From: Promethearchaeota archaeon
GTDB taxonomy: Archaea; Asgardarchaeota; Lokiarchaeia; Sigyniarchaeales; SOKP01
Assembly: GCA_048941605.1 (NCBI GenBank)
Contig: JBHLNL010000006.1
Coordinates: 1 to 58,373, forward strand
DNA: 58,373 nt
Direction of reading: 5' to 3'
Every line of letters begins with the position of its first letter. Position 1 is the stretch's first letter. The notes below the pieces were generated by a model. It searched no databases. It worked only from the letters and a program-made list of their open reading frames with translations, and had not been told where the DNA came from. Made by a program: the position numbers and the translations under genes. Shown here piece after piece: positions 46,583-55,416 of the stretch.

Positions 46583-47311
46583 TTGGCAGATTTTCATACA
46601 AAAACTTTTTATGGTCAAAAGAAAAGCGTTAGAATTACAAGTCCATCAAAACAAGTTCCTTATATTTTTTTAAGTTGTATAAGTAGAAAAGACAATGGAT
46701 CTTGGGAAAAACCATCCGAAGGAGAGGGAAAAACGGTAAGATTATCAATTGAGGAAATAATATGTATCTTAGAGGTTCTTTACAGAAGGAGTGCCAACTG
46801 GAGAGGTTATCATGTTTTTAAAGAACGTAAAACCGATATTTATGTAGGTTGGGAGGATGAATCGCGCCAGGTTTTGCAAATTAAAATTGGAGAATATACT
46901 AAAAAACTTCGATTTCCAAATATAAATTTCATGACTATGATGTTAAATCATATCTTAGAGGAAAAAATTGAATTTGCAACAAGTGGTACGTTTGAAACCA
47001 AAACAGTAGAAGCAGCAGAGATGGATGAAGAAGCTGAATACGGAGTTTTTTCAGAACACATAACAGCTAGAGACGGATTACATATAGTTGAAACTACAGA
47101 ATATAGTACCTCAAGAGACACATCGGAAATTGACGCATTAATCAAAGTGGAGAGTCCAAAAGCTTTACTTATTACTTTAGATTCTGGAGAGGAGTTTTGG
47201 ATACCAAAAAGTACTATTCACAACGACTATGATGTGAGTGAAAAAAAGGAGTCTCAAAAATTTCTTGTAGATAAATGGATAATTGAAAAATATAAGATTT
47301 TAGGAAAATAA
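46583..47311 (+). CDS. Hypothetical protein (242 aa)
   Basis: Open frame with a TTG start in the track. It has an acidic central linker and a C-terminal KALLITLDSGEEFWIPKSTI module. No family was assigned. Confidence 0.5.
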   Translation: MADFHTKTFYGQKKSVRITSPSKQVPYIFLSCISRKDNGSWEKPSEGEGKTVRLSIEEIICILEVLYRRSANWRGYHVFKERKTDIYVGWEDESRQVLQIKIGEYTKKLRFPNINFMTMMLNHILEEKIEFATSGTFETKTVEAAEMDEEAEYGVFSEHITARDGLHIVETTEYSTSRDTSEIDALIKVESPKALLITLDSGEEFWIPKSTIHNDYDVSEKKESQKFLVDKWIIEKYKILGK

Positions 47312-47396
47312 ATAATCGACTTTTTCAATTTTAAGAAATCTATAAAATTAAGTTTCTTTTATTTCTTTATTAAATAAATAACCATTTTGAGTTTTT

Positions 47397-48227
47397 ATGG
47401 AAATTAGTATTGATTTCTTAAAAAGACTAGCAATAAATGTATATAATGTGGTAAATCCGCTTTTGGGTACGAGAGAAGCAGCACAAAAGTCAGAGAGAGG
47501 TGCAGGTGGAGATATGTCAATGGAAATTGACTTAATTGCTGAAGATATTATAATAAATTCCTTAGAAACGTCAAAAGTTAACCTATTATTGATAAGTGAA
47601 GAATTAGGAGAAAAATATATAGGAGATATTGAGAAAGCAAAAGAAAATCAGAATGTATTAATTGTAGATCCTGTGGATGGCTCTAATAATGCAGCTCGAG
47701 GGGTCCCCTATTGTTCAGTTTCAATTGCATATGCTATTGGGAATAAAGTAAATGACATTAGAAAAGCAGTAGTACTTAATCTAAACACAGCAGATATCTT
47801 TTGGGCAGAAAGAGGGAAAGGAGCTTATTTAAATGATAAAAGAATTCATGTTTCTAATTTAGATATTACAGAGAAGTGTTTCTTTGAATTGAATCTTCCA
47901 ATGAAAAATTTAATGAAGAATTTACAAGAGTTAAGTCCATTAATAAGAAAATTTTATCGAGTAAGGATATTAGGAAGTAGTGCTTTGACTTTATGCCAAA
48001 TAGCATGTGGTTCTATGGAAGCTTTCATAAATTTAAGAAATAGTAATAGATTAGTAGACGTTGCAGCAGGAATGCTAATTCTAAAAGAAGCGGGGGGTAT
48101 ACTTTTTGCTATAGATGGCTCAGAAATTGAAGAGGAATTGTCAATAAATGTAAAATTTCCATTTATAGCTTGTAATGCTAAGTTGGAGGCTTTCCTTAAA
48201 AACAAAATTGTAAAAAAAATGAGTTAA
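47397..48227 (+). CDS. Inositol monophosphatase / fructose-1,6-bisphosphatase family protein (SuhB-like)
   Basis: Metal-binding motifs are ISEELGE and LIVDPVDGSNNAARGVP. The C-terminal motif is VRILGSSALTLCQIACG. Confidence 0.85.
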   Translation: MEISIDFLKRLAINVYNVVNPLLGTREAAQKSERGAGGDMSMEIDLIAEDIIINSLETSKVNLLLISEELGEKYIGDIEKAKENQNVLIVDPVDGSNNAARGVPYCSVSIAYAIGNKVNDIRKAVVLNLNTADIFWAERGKGAYLNDKRIHVSNLDITEKCFFELNLPMKNLMKNLQELSPLIRKFYRVRILGSSALTLCQIACGSMEAFINLRNSNRLVDVAAGMLILKEAGGILFAIDGSEIEEELSINVKFPFIACNAKLEAFLKNKIVKKMS

Positions 48228-48275
48228 TATAAACATTTGTATTTTTAACTAAAATTCTTAAAAAAATCTTGTTTC

Positions 48276-48881
48276 ATGACAGAATATAAACGAATTGAGA
48301 GAATTTTTTTTTCTAAAGATACAACAATAGTAGCAAAAGAGTTGCTAGGGAATTATTTAGTAAGAGAAACCTCAAAAGGTAAGATGATTGGGAAAATTAC
48401 TGAGGTTGAGGCTTATCTTGGACCAAATGATAAGGCAAGTCATTCTTATAATTATAAAAAAACTGATAGAACGAAAACAATGTATATGAAGCCAGGGACT
48501 TTATATATTTATTTGATTTATGGATTATATTATTGCTTAAACGTAATAACTGAGCAAGAGGGTATACCTTGTGCTGTTTTAATTAGAAAATTATTTCCAA
48601 TTGACGGAATTGAATTAATGATTGAAAATCGAAATATTAGAATTGGCAAAAATTATAAAAATCTTACAGATGGTCCTGGAAAGTTATGTATGGCTTTAGA
48701 TATTACAAAAGATAAATTTAATAGCAAAGATTCCTGTTCCACTGATTCAAAACTATATTTTGCTCAGGTGGAGGGGAATAATAAAAAGGAAATTATAGTA
48801 AGTAAAAGAATTGGTATTGATTATGCAGAAGAAGATAAAGATCAATTATTAAGATTCGCTCTAAAGAACAAAAACTCTTAG
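48276..48881 (+). CDS. DNA-3-methyladenine glycosylase (MPG/AAG family)
   Basis: FFSKDTTIVAKELLGNYLV...GKITEVEAYLGPNDKASHSY..KTDRTKTMY..PGTLYIYLIYGLYYCLNV matches the AAG-family core. Confidence 0.85.
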   Translation: MTEYKRIERIFFSKDTTIVAKELLGNYLVRETSKGKMIGKITEVEAYLGPNDKASHSYNYKKTDRTKTMYMKPGTLYIYLIYGLYYCLNVITEQEGIPCAVLIRKLFPIDGIELMIENRNIRIGKNYKNLTDGPGKLCMALDITKDKFNSKDSCSTDSKLYFAQVEGNNKKEIIVSKRIGIDYAEEDKDQLLRFALKNKNS

Positions 48882-48999
48882 GTTTTTAATTTTTCCCGTT
48901 TTTCCTATTACAAATTGGACATTAATGGATAAATTTATATATATGAATTTTTCCTTTTTCCTTGTAAATTAGGGTTATCGGATAATTTGAGGTGATATT

Positions 49000-49446
49000 A
49001 TCGTAAAGGACGCATTAAAATTTTTTCAGGCTTACATAAAAGAAATGATAGACATTGGGGGAAATAATTTACCAAAAGCCATATCATCTAAATCTGGAGC
49101 AAAATTAGGCAAAATATATAAAAAGCGAGGTTTAACAGGAGATATTGGGACAACCTTAAAACATTTATACACTGTTTTAAATGGTAAACCCGTGATAAAG
49201 CAACTAAATGAAAATACATATGATGTAACCTTAAAATATCCTAAGAAATTTTGTCCAATTGGAGGCTCTTTAAATCCATCTCGAGCTCCACTTTTTCAAG
49301 AAAATATCTGCATTCCATATACAAAAGGATTTCTAAATGAAATTTTTCCTCAATATACATTTGAATCAGATATTTTAAACTGTATCCCCCTTCATAATCA
49401 TAATAATTGTCATTATGTTTTAAAGATCAGAAAAAAAAAATTATAA
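49000..49446 (+). CDS. V4R-domain protein (COG1719-like, Bet3/TRAPP-related fold), paralog 1
   Basis: The Cys pattern FCPIGG...ICIPYTKGFLNEIF....LNCIP....NCHYVLKI is V4R-like. The N-terminus VKDALKFFQAYIKEM aligns with paralog 2 but lies upstream of the track ATG (49045). The only in-frame candidates are ATT 48997 and ATC 49000, after GAGGTGA. Confidence 0.55.
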   Translation: MVKDALKFFQAYIKEMIDIGGNNLPKAISSKSGAKLGKIYKKRGLTGDIGTTLKHLYTVLNGKPVIKQLNENTYDVTLKYPKKFCPIGGSLNPSRAPLFQENICIPYTKGFLNEIFPQYTFESDILNCIPLHNHNNCHYVLKIRKKKL

Positions 49447-49532
49447 GTTGATTAATAACAAATCTTAAATAATTTAAAGAGGAGATTAATCTAGAATTAC
49501 CATCATTGTGTTTAAAAATAAAGTTCAAAATT

Positions 49533-49985
49533 ATGTCAAAAAATAAAGATGCGTTAAAGTTTTTTCAAGTATATATCAAAGAAATGGTCGATATTGGAGG
49601 AGAAAATTTACCAAAAGCTATTTCTAGTAAGTTAGGGGCAAAATTAGGCAAAATGTACACAAATCGAGAATACACTATGGATATTGAAACCGCTCTAAAA
49701 CAAATCTATTTTGCATTAAATGGTAAACCGGTGATAAAACAGTTAGATGAGAATAGATATGAAGTAACTGTAAAATACCCAAAAAAATTCTGTCCAATTG
49801 GAGGAGCTCAAAATCCTTCCCGCGCTCCGATTTTTCAAGAGAATATCTGCATACCCTATACACGGGGTTATTTAAAAGAACTTTTCCCACAAATCACTTT
49901 TGGAGAAGAATTCTTAAATTGTATTCCCCTTAATGGTCAAAAGGTTTGCCATTTTATTTTAAAGATTGAAAATAAAAAAATCTAA
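49533..49985 (+). CDS. V4R-domain protein, paralog 2
   Basis: MSKNKDALKFFQVYIKEMVDIGGENLPKAISSKLGAKLGK... shows very high identity to paralog 1 over the whole length. ATG 49533 is preferred over the track TTG 49506. Confidence 0.6.
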   Translation: MSKNKDALKFFQVYIKEMVDIGGENLPKAISSKLGAKLGKMYTNREYTMDIETALKQIYFALNGKPVIKQLDENRYEVTVKYPKKFCPIGGAQNPSRAPIFQENICIPYTRGYLKELFPQITFGEEFLNCIPLNGQKVCHFILKIENKKI

Positions 49986-50068
49986 ATTAACCTCTGTAAA
50001 AATTTTAGCTTTTTTATTATATCTCTTAAAGATTACAATTGAGTATAAGCTGTAATTTAAATTAAGTT

Positions 50069-50362
50069 AAAAACCCGAATCTCGACTTTAATCCTAATAT
50101 TATAACCAGAGGTCATGCCTCTCCACACCCTTACTATAAAGCGTAAACATCTATAGTTACGGCTGCTCCATCCCTGGCCTGGCCGGTTTTCTAATTATGA
50201 GCATATATTTCTCCTACAAGAGATACCGCTCTGATACCTACCATTATAGGGAGTGCTTCGACGAGAACATAACGGTGGATAATACTACTCATAGAGCCTT
50301 AACTCGAGCATTTCCGTTATGTGCATTTTACGGTCCGTTCAGCATGGAACTTCAGACATTGC
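50069..50362 (-). ncRNA. Signal recognition particle RNA (archaeal 7S/SRP RNA)
   Basis: This is a GC-enriched, non-coding island. The minus strand contains CCGGCCAGGCCAGGGAUGGAGCAGCCGUAAC, matching the conserved helix-8 core (..CCAGGCCCGGAAGGGAGCAGC..). An internal helix CAUAACGG/CCGUUAUG is present. The 5' UCUGAAGUUC can pair with the 3' GAGAUUCGGG. The RNA ends in a U5 run. The ends given are approximate. Confidence 0.7.
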
Positions 50363-50431
50363 ACAACTTGTCCAATATGAAATAGTTAATCCTACAATTT
50401 AAAATTTATATCTTAATATTCTCAGATAACT

Positions 50432-50596
50432 CTAGTCTTTAGAATTTAAACTTTTTTTAATTTCCTTACGTCTAATTATCGATAAAAACTCTTTTGTATC
50501 AGGAAACACATAGATTAAATCTTCTCCGTCATCTTCAATCGTAATTTCCTTATAAAACTTCCCTTTTACTTTAGTATTTAGATCATTTAGAATCAT
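50432..50596 (-). CDS. Possible small protein (54 aa)
   Basis: The ATG-initiated frame reads MILNDLNTKVKGKFYKEITIEDDGEDLIYVFPDTKEFLSIIRRKEIKKSLNSKD. It falls below the ORF-track length cutoff and no family was recognised. Confidence 0.25.
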   Translation of the reverse strand: MILNDLNTKVKGKFYKEITIEDDGEDLIYVFPDTKEFLSIIRRKEIKKSLNSKD

Positions 50597-50691
50597 GAAT
50601 TAAAAATATCAAATAAAGATTCAAAAAAACGTATAGCATGGTGATAATATGGAGATAGTAATAAAAAGAGGAACAAGAATAATTCTTATAA

Positions 50692-51546
50692 CTAATTAAT
50701 CAGTAAATTTTGTAGAAAAGTTCTTACTTGATTATTAGCAGATCTTCCATGGTTAAATAAGCCATTGAGATATCCATTTAGAAAAACACTGATTTCAGAA
50801 TTAAGATCCTTTATATCAACATAATTATATTTTGTTTTTAATTTCTTACCATCAACAACAGGTTTTATATGTTTTTCAATTAGGTTTAAGGTAAAATTCA
50901 CCACAGCGGTATTAACATTTTCTTTATCATTAGAAGATAACTCATAATTTCCTTGAATAGTCTGTTTTCTTAGTTCATTTAAATCTATTAATAAACCCTC
51001 TAGATCTGGTGTTAATTTTAACAATTTTATTTTTGTTGGTAAATCTTCATTACTATTATTTGGAAGTTGAGCATCACAATATTTTTCTAAATTTGCATAA
51101 AATCTAACTAAAAGTTTAAATGTATCTTCAATTTCATACATACTCTCCCAAATATTAAGATCTATACCTTTAAGGGATTTTTTAATACTATTTTTAACTT
51201 TTTCAGCAACGCCTGATAAATATTGTGAATAATCTTCAAATGGAAATCCAAAATAATAATTATTATATTTCTCTTTAATGTCTTTAGCTACAACGTTTTG
51301 AGACTGGATCTTTTCTTTCTTAACCAATTCTTTAGCAAATCGCATTACATAATTACAATTAGGGCAATAAGTAATCCAAGAACTTAAGATAACTTCAGGT
51401 GGTTTAACCCCACTGGAACTTATATACCCATTAAATCCTGATAATAGTTTTCCATCGGAAGAAAAAGTAGCTTCCTCTGGATAAAATGTTCTTGGAATAA
51501 ACTTAGTATTACATAATGGGCAATTTAGTTTTTCTTTTTTGTTCAT
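50692..51546 (-). CDS. Hypothetical zinc-ribbon protein (DUF2225-like layout)
   Basis: CPLCNTKF and, ~50 residues later, CPNCNYVM are followed by a helical domain. Confidence 0.45.
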   Translation of the reverse strand: MNKKEKLNCPLCNTKFIPRTFYPEEATFSSDGKLLSGFNGYISSSGVKPPEVILSSWITYCPNCNYVMRFAKELVKKEKIQSQNVVAKDIKEKYNNYYFGFPFEDYSQYLSGVAEKVKNSIKKSLKGIDLNIWESMYEIEDTFKLLVRFYANLEKYCDAQLPNNSNEDLPTKIKLLKLTPDLEGLLIDLNELRKQTIQGNYELSSNDKENVNTAVVNFTLNLIEKHIKPVVDGKKLKTKYNYVDIKDLNSEISVFLNGYLNGLFNHGRSANNQVRTFLQNLLIN

Positions 51547-51799
51547 GACACTCTAAAATTTATTTTTAATTATCCTATAATTGATTATCCAATATCACAT
51601 ATTTTAGAATAAGTGGTACTATAAATACGAGAATAATATCTAGACCATATTCCTTATAAACAATCCAAATATGAAACTACAAAAAAAATTAAACATTCCC
51701 TTAACCAATAATAAATATTATAATCAAACGAATAAACTATACTTTATTAATTAAATAAAATCATTAAGTTAAATAGAACTCTATATGGAGTAAGTTAGA

Positions 51800-52912
51800 A
51801 TGTCAGAAGATATTGCTTATTTAGATGTGGATACTCTCGAAAATTTTATGAGAGATGTATTCATAGGTTTAGGTGTTCCAAAAGAAGATGCTAAAATTAT
51901 AGCAAATGTATTAATCACCTCAGATTTAAGAGGAATAGAGTCACATGGTGTTCAGAGATGTAAGATGTATTATGACCGTATTAAAGAAGGGATTTATGAA
52001 GTAAAAACTAAAATTGATGTCATAAAGGATGGGCCTACAACAGCATTACTAGATGGAAATTGTGGTATGGGACATGTAATAGCATATAAAGCCATGAAAC
52101 TAGCTATTGAAAAAGCAAAAAAATATGGATTAGGAGCTGTTGCTGTAAAAAATTCTACCCACTTTGGTATTGCAGGGTATTATTCTCTTATGGCAATAAA
52201 AGAAGGAATGATAGGAATAGCAGTCACTAATGCTAGACCCTCTATACCTCCTACATTTGGATGTGAACCAATGTTAGGAACGAACCCTTTAACTATTGGA
52301 GCTCCTACTGATGAAGAATTTCCTTTCCTTATTGATTGTGCTACCTCAATTATTCAACGAGGTAAGGTGGAAGTTAATGCTCGAATTAATAAGCCTCTTC
52401 CAGAAAATACTGTAATTGATGATAATGGTGACATTATGACAAATCCAAATAAAGTTTTAGAAAAAATGTTAGAAAAGAAGGCAGCCTTGTTACCCTTAGG
52501 GGGAAAAGGTGAAGATACGGCAGGATATAAAGGATATGGATATGCAACAGTAGTAGAACTTCTATCGGCAGCATTACAAGAGGGTATTTATTTAAGAGAT
52601 ACAATGGGGATAGTTGAAAATGAACAAAAAAGATTAAAAGTTGGGCACTTTTTCCTTGCCATTAATACAACTAGTTTTGCTGGTTTAGATTCATTTAAAA
52701 AGACTGCTGGTAATATAATGAGGGATTTAAGAGGATCAAGGAAAATTCCGGATACTGATAGAATTTATACTGCTGGAGAAAAAGAATTTATTGCTGAAAA
52801 TATGGTAAAAATAAAAGGTGTCCCTCTTAATAGAAGTCTACAGAATGACATAAAAATTATGCAAAAAGAACTTGGATTAGATAAATATAAATTTGCTTTC
52901 ATGGAAAAATAA
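51800..52912 (+). CDS. Ldh_2 family (malate/L-lactate/L-sulfolactate-type) 2-hydroxyacid dehydrogenase
   Basis: Supporting motifs are DLRGIESHGVQR, NSTHFGIAGYY, GTNPLTIGAP, DCATSIIQRGKV and GYKGYGYATVVELLS. Confidence 0.85.
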   Translation: MSEDIAYLDVDTLENFMRDVFIGLGVPKEDAKIIANVLITSDLRGIESHGVQRCKMYYDRIKEGIYEVKTKIDVIKDGPTTALLDGNCGMGHVIAYKAMKLAIEKAKKYGLGAVAVKNSTHFGIAGYYSLMAIKEGMIGIAVTNARPSIPPTFGCEPMLGTNPLTIGAPTDEEFPFLIDCATSIIQRGKVEVNARINKPLPENTVIDDNGDIMTNPNKVLEKMLEKKAALLPLGGKGEDTAGYKGYGYATVVELLSAALQEGIYLRDTMGIVENEQKRLKVGHFFLAINTTSFAGLDSFKKTAGNIMRDLRGSRKIPDTDRIYTAGEKEFIAENMVKIKGVPLNRSLQNDIKIMQKELGLDKYKFAFMEK

Positions 52913-52932
52913 TCACTAGTATTTAATAAGAG

Positions 52933-54087
52933 TTATATACGTTTCTGGAGTACAATGTGCTTTCTTATTGGTTCACAATGAGGAAATATAGTATCAATGG
53001 CACGTGAATTATTTGACCAAATACCTGTTCCTTCAAAATAATTTACACCAAATAAATTGCAGGTAAGTTGTCCAATATTATTAAGAGCTGAGAAAATACC
53101 TTTGCCAAAATATCCTTTTTTTACCATTGCGGTATCCACATTACACCGTGTTATCGGATTTCCAACCCATGCTTCAAATAAGTCGGGAAGCCCTAATAAT
53201 ATACCCACTAGCTCACCAGAAATTCTATCAAAAGCCATTGGAGCAAATGGCTCTATCTTTTCAAGGTTATGAGTTTCCCAAGTATCTCTAAATTGTTTTA
53301 TGTTCGAATGATTCTTAAAATTAATGTGATTGTTTATCTTATAGAAAGACTTTGGAATCTTCTGAAAAGCCTCAAAAAACTCGTAGATCCGGTTTCTTCC
53401 TGATGCATCAGGTAAAATTTCATGAAATGAATTACTCGCTAAATTACGGATTTCATCAACATAATCATATAACTTCTTTATTGCCATATATCTAAACTCA
53501 ATATTTTTATCTATTTTCTTACCTTTATCCCACATTTTTTGAGCAACATACATACATGAATATTCGGATTCTTTTTGATATGCAAGAGAATTTAAATACT
53601 CGATGATTTTGGAATTTGGATCTGAGAAAGCCACACCATATAACATTGGTTCATTAAATCCCACGAATTGAAATCCAATCCCTCCTAAATTTTTTGGAAA
53701 ATTGATATTTCCCCGAATTTTACGTACATTACATTTTTTAATAAACTTTTCACACCGCTTAATCAATTCTTTGCAAATTTCTAAACTATCAGCATGAAGC
53801 CAACCGAATGTACCGCATTTACGACTATAGCTAGTATAATAAGGATCAATTTGACAGATAACAAATCCCTCTATTTTTTCTGCTCTATAGGCAATGAACA
53901 CACATATTTTAAACTCTGGATTTGACAATTTTTTTTCCAGATAAGATAGAAGTTCAGCAATTACATAGGGTTTGACAATTTCATTTGGTACATATAAAAT
54001 AGCTTCTAAAGCTTCTCTAATCTCTGCAAGATCTATTGATTCTACGATCCTGCTTCTAACATCTAATTTCCCTAATGCTTGTACCAT
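52933..54087 (-). CDS. Hypothetical protein, possibly a tandem GNAT-like acyltransferase fold
   Basis: 384 aa in two halves, each ending in a GNAT-like beta-alpha segment (IRGNINFPKNLGGIGFQFVGF; KKGYFGKGIFSALNNIGQLTCNLFGVNYFEGTGI). Support is weak. Confidence 0.4.
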   Translation of the reverse strand: MVQALGKLDVRSRIVESIDLAEIREALEAILYVPNEIVKPYVIAELLSYLEKKLSNPEFKICVFIAYRAEKIEGFVICQIDPYYTSYSRKCGTFGWLHADSLEICKELIKRCEKFIKKCNVRKIRGNINFPKNLGGIGFQFVGFNEPMLYGVAFSDPNSKIIEYLNSLAYQKESEYSCMYVAQKMWDKGKKIDKNIEFRYMAIKKLYDYVDEIRNLASNSFHEILPDASGRNRIYEFFEAFQKIPKSFYKINNHINFKNHSNIKQFRDTWETHNLEKIEPFAPMAFDRISGELVGILLGLPDLFEAWVGNPITRCNVDTAMVKKGYFGKGIFSALNNIGQLTCNLFGVNYFEGTGIWSNNSRAIDTIFPHCEPIRKHIVLQKRI

Positions 54088-54177
54088 TTTTATCTCAACT
54101 AATTTTGAATTATTGAGATAGTATTGAATTATTTCTTTTTAAAAAAAAAATAAAAAATAGAGATTAAAAAATAGAAT

Positions 54178-55260
54178 TTATATCTTAATAGGTAATTGAG
54201 TGTTAATCGAAATATTTTCTATATGGTCTTTTCGAAAGCTAGTATCTGCCATAGCACATGAAGAACATTTACACATTTTCTCATAAAGGGGATGATTCCA
54301 CATATAATCAAATATTTCTTTCAATGGTCTTTCTCTGATATTCCCAAATGAATAGGGGATAGTAATGCATGGCTGTACCTCCCCATAAGGTGACACATAG
54401 TAATAGATCTTAGTTTTTAAGGCAACACATGAGGGATTGTCTTGATATTGGGTATGCCATTCTCTAAAGACATAAGGAAAATGCTTATTGGCTAAATCCC
54501 ACAATTTTTTTCTTGCTGATGCTGTTAATATTACTTCTGAATGATGGAGCCACCTTCCAGTAGGGTAAGGAGGCAAGTATCTTACACCATGAGCTCCAGC
54601 TGATTTTGCTACTTCAATTAATCTTTCAAAATCTCCATTTTCCAGCCCTTCATTCGTCATTGTATAAGAAAAATAACACCGTTTTATTCCCGCTCCCACT
54701 GCATTCTTCATTGCTCTCATAGATATGTCAAAGCATCCTTTTAAATTACGATTCGCATCATGAATTTCAGGAGTAGCGCTGTCAAGGCTAATAAAAACAA
54801 TATCAATTCCTGCTTCTTTTAATTGTTGAACATAATCTTCTGTCATTGAAATACCGTTTGAATCAATACTTATTAACATTGCTTTGTTTGAGGCATATTC
54901 AATAATTTCCATAAGGTCCTTGCGTAATGTAGGTTCACCACCAATAAGATTTAGAGCAAATAAATTCGCAGATTGGTCGATTAAATCTTTTATTTCTTCA
55001 GTAGTTAAGTCCTTCTGATCTTTCTTAATATATGAATTTACGGCACAGTGATTACAGAGAAGTTGACATCGATAGGTAACTCCTAGCATTAAATATAAAA
55101 TCGGCTTTGACCGATCTTGCAGCCATTGAAATAATGACTTCACCTTACGAGGTTCAATAGGGAAATGCCCTTTACGAATAGCAATCTTAAACCTCTCAGT
55201 AAATTTTGGATTTTTAAATTTTAAATTCTCCAATAATGAATTAGATTTCATTGGTATCAT
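54178..55260 (-). CDS. Radical SAM enzyme with C-terminal SPASM/twitch-type auxiliary cluster domain
   Basis: The CxxxCxxC motif reads YRCQLLCNHCAV, and GGEPTL is present. The C-terminal Cys set is PSCVA..VSPYGEVQPC...CKCSSC. Confidence 0.85.
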   Translation of the reverse strand: MIPMKSNSLLENLKFKNPKFTERFKIAIRKGHFPIEPRKVKSLFQWLQDRSKPILYLMLGVTYRCQLLCNHCAVNSYIKKDQKDLTTEEIKDLIDQSANLFALNLIGGEPTLRKDLMEIIEYASNKAMLISIDSNGISMTEDYVQQLKEAGIDIVFISLDSATPEIHDANRNLKGCFDISMRAMKNAVGAGIKRCYFSYTMTNEGLENGDFERLIEVAKSAGAHGVRYLPPYPTGRWLHHSEVILTASARKKLWDLANKHFPYVFREWHTQYQDNPSCVALKTKIYYYVSPYGEVQPCITIPYSFGNIRERPLKEIFDYMWNHPLYEKMCKCSSCAMADTSFRKDHIENISINTQLPIKI

Positions 55261-55320
55261 CTATTTTGAAGTTTTGTAACTTATTTTCATATTGTTTTTA
55301 TATAAAGGAAAAAAGGAGGA

Positions 55321-55416
55321 ATGGTGATTTTTCCTTTAAATATCTTTGATATCAATACTCTCAAAGATTTTTTTAAGATTTTTTTAAGAAAAAAATTTCA
55401 AAGTGAAAAAAAATGA
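55321..55416 (+). CDS. Possible 31-codon leader/micro-ORF translationally coupled to the first PP-loop gene
   Basis: AGGAGG lies directly upstream of ATG-GTG. The reading is MVIFPLNIFDINTLKDFFKIFLRKKFQSEKK. Its TGA overlaps ATG 55413 (ATGA). Confidence 0.25.
   Translation: MVIFPLNIFDINTLKDFFKIFLRKKFQSEKK

Noticed and set aside
50197-50385. 62-aa plus-strand ORF from the track.
   Set aside because: It lies entirely inside the SRP RNA gene on the opposite strand. It has no Shine-Dalgarno, and its composition reflects RNA structure rather than coding.
50088-50397. Direct repeats TAGGATTAA flanking the SRP RNA gene.
   Set aside because: The repeats are only 9 nt long and AT-rich, so they are expected by chance in this composition. 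No mobile-element features are associated.
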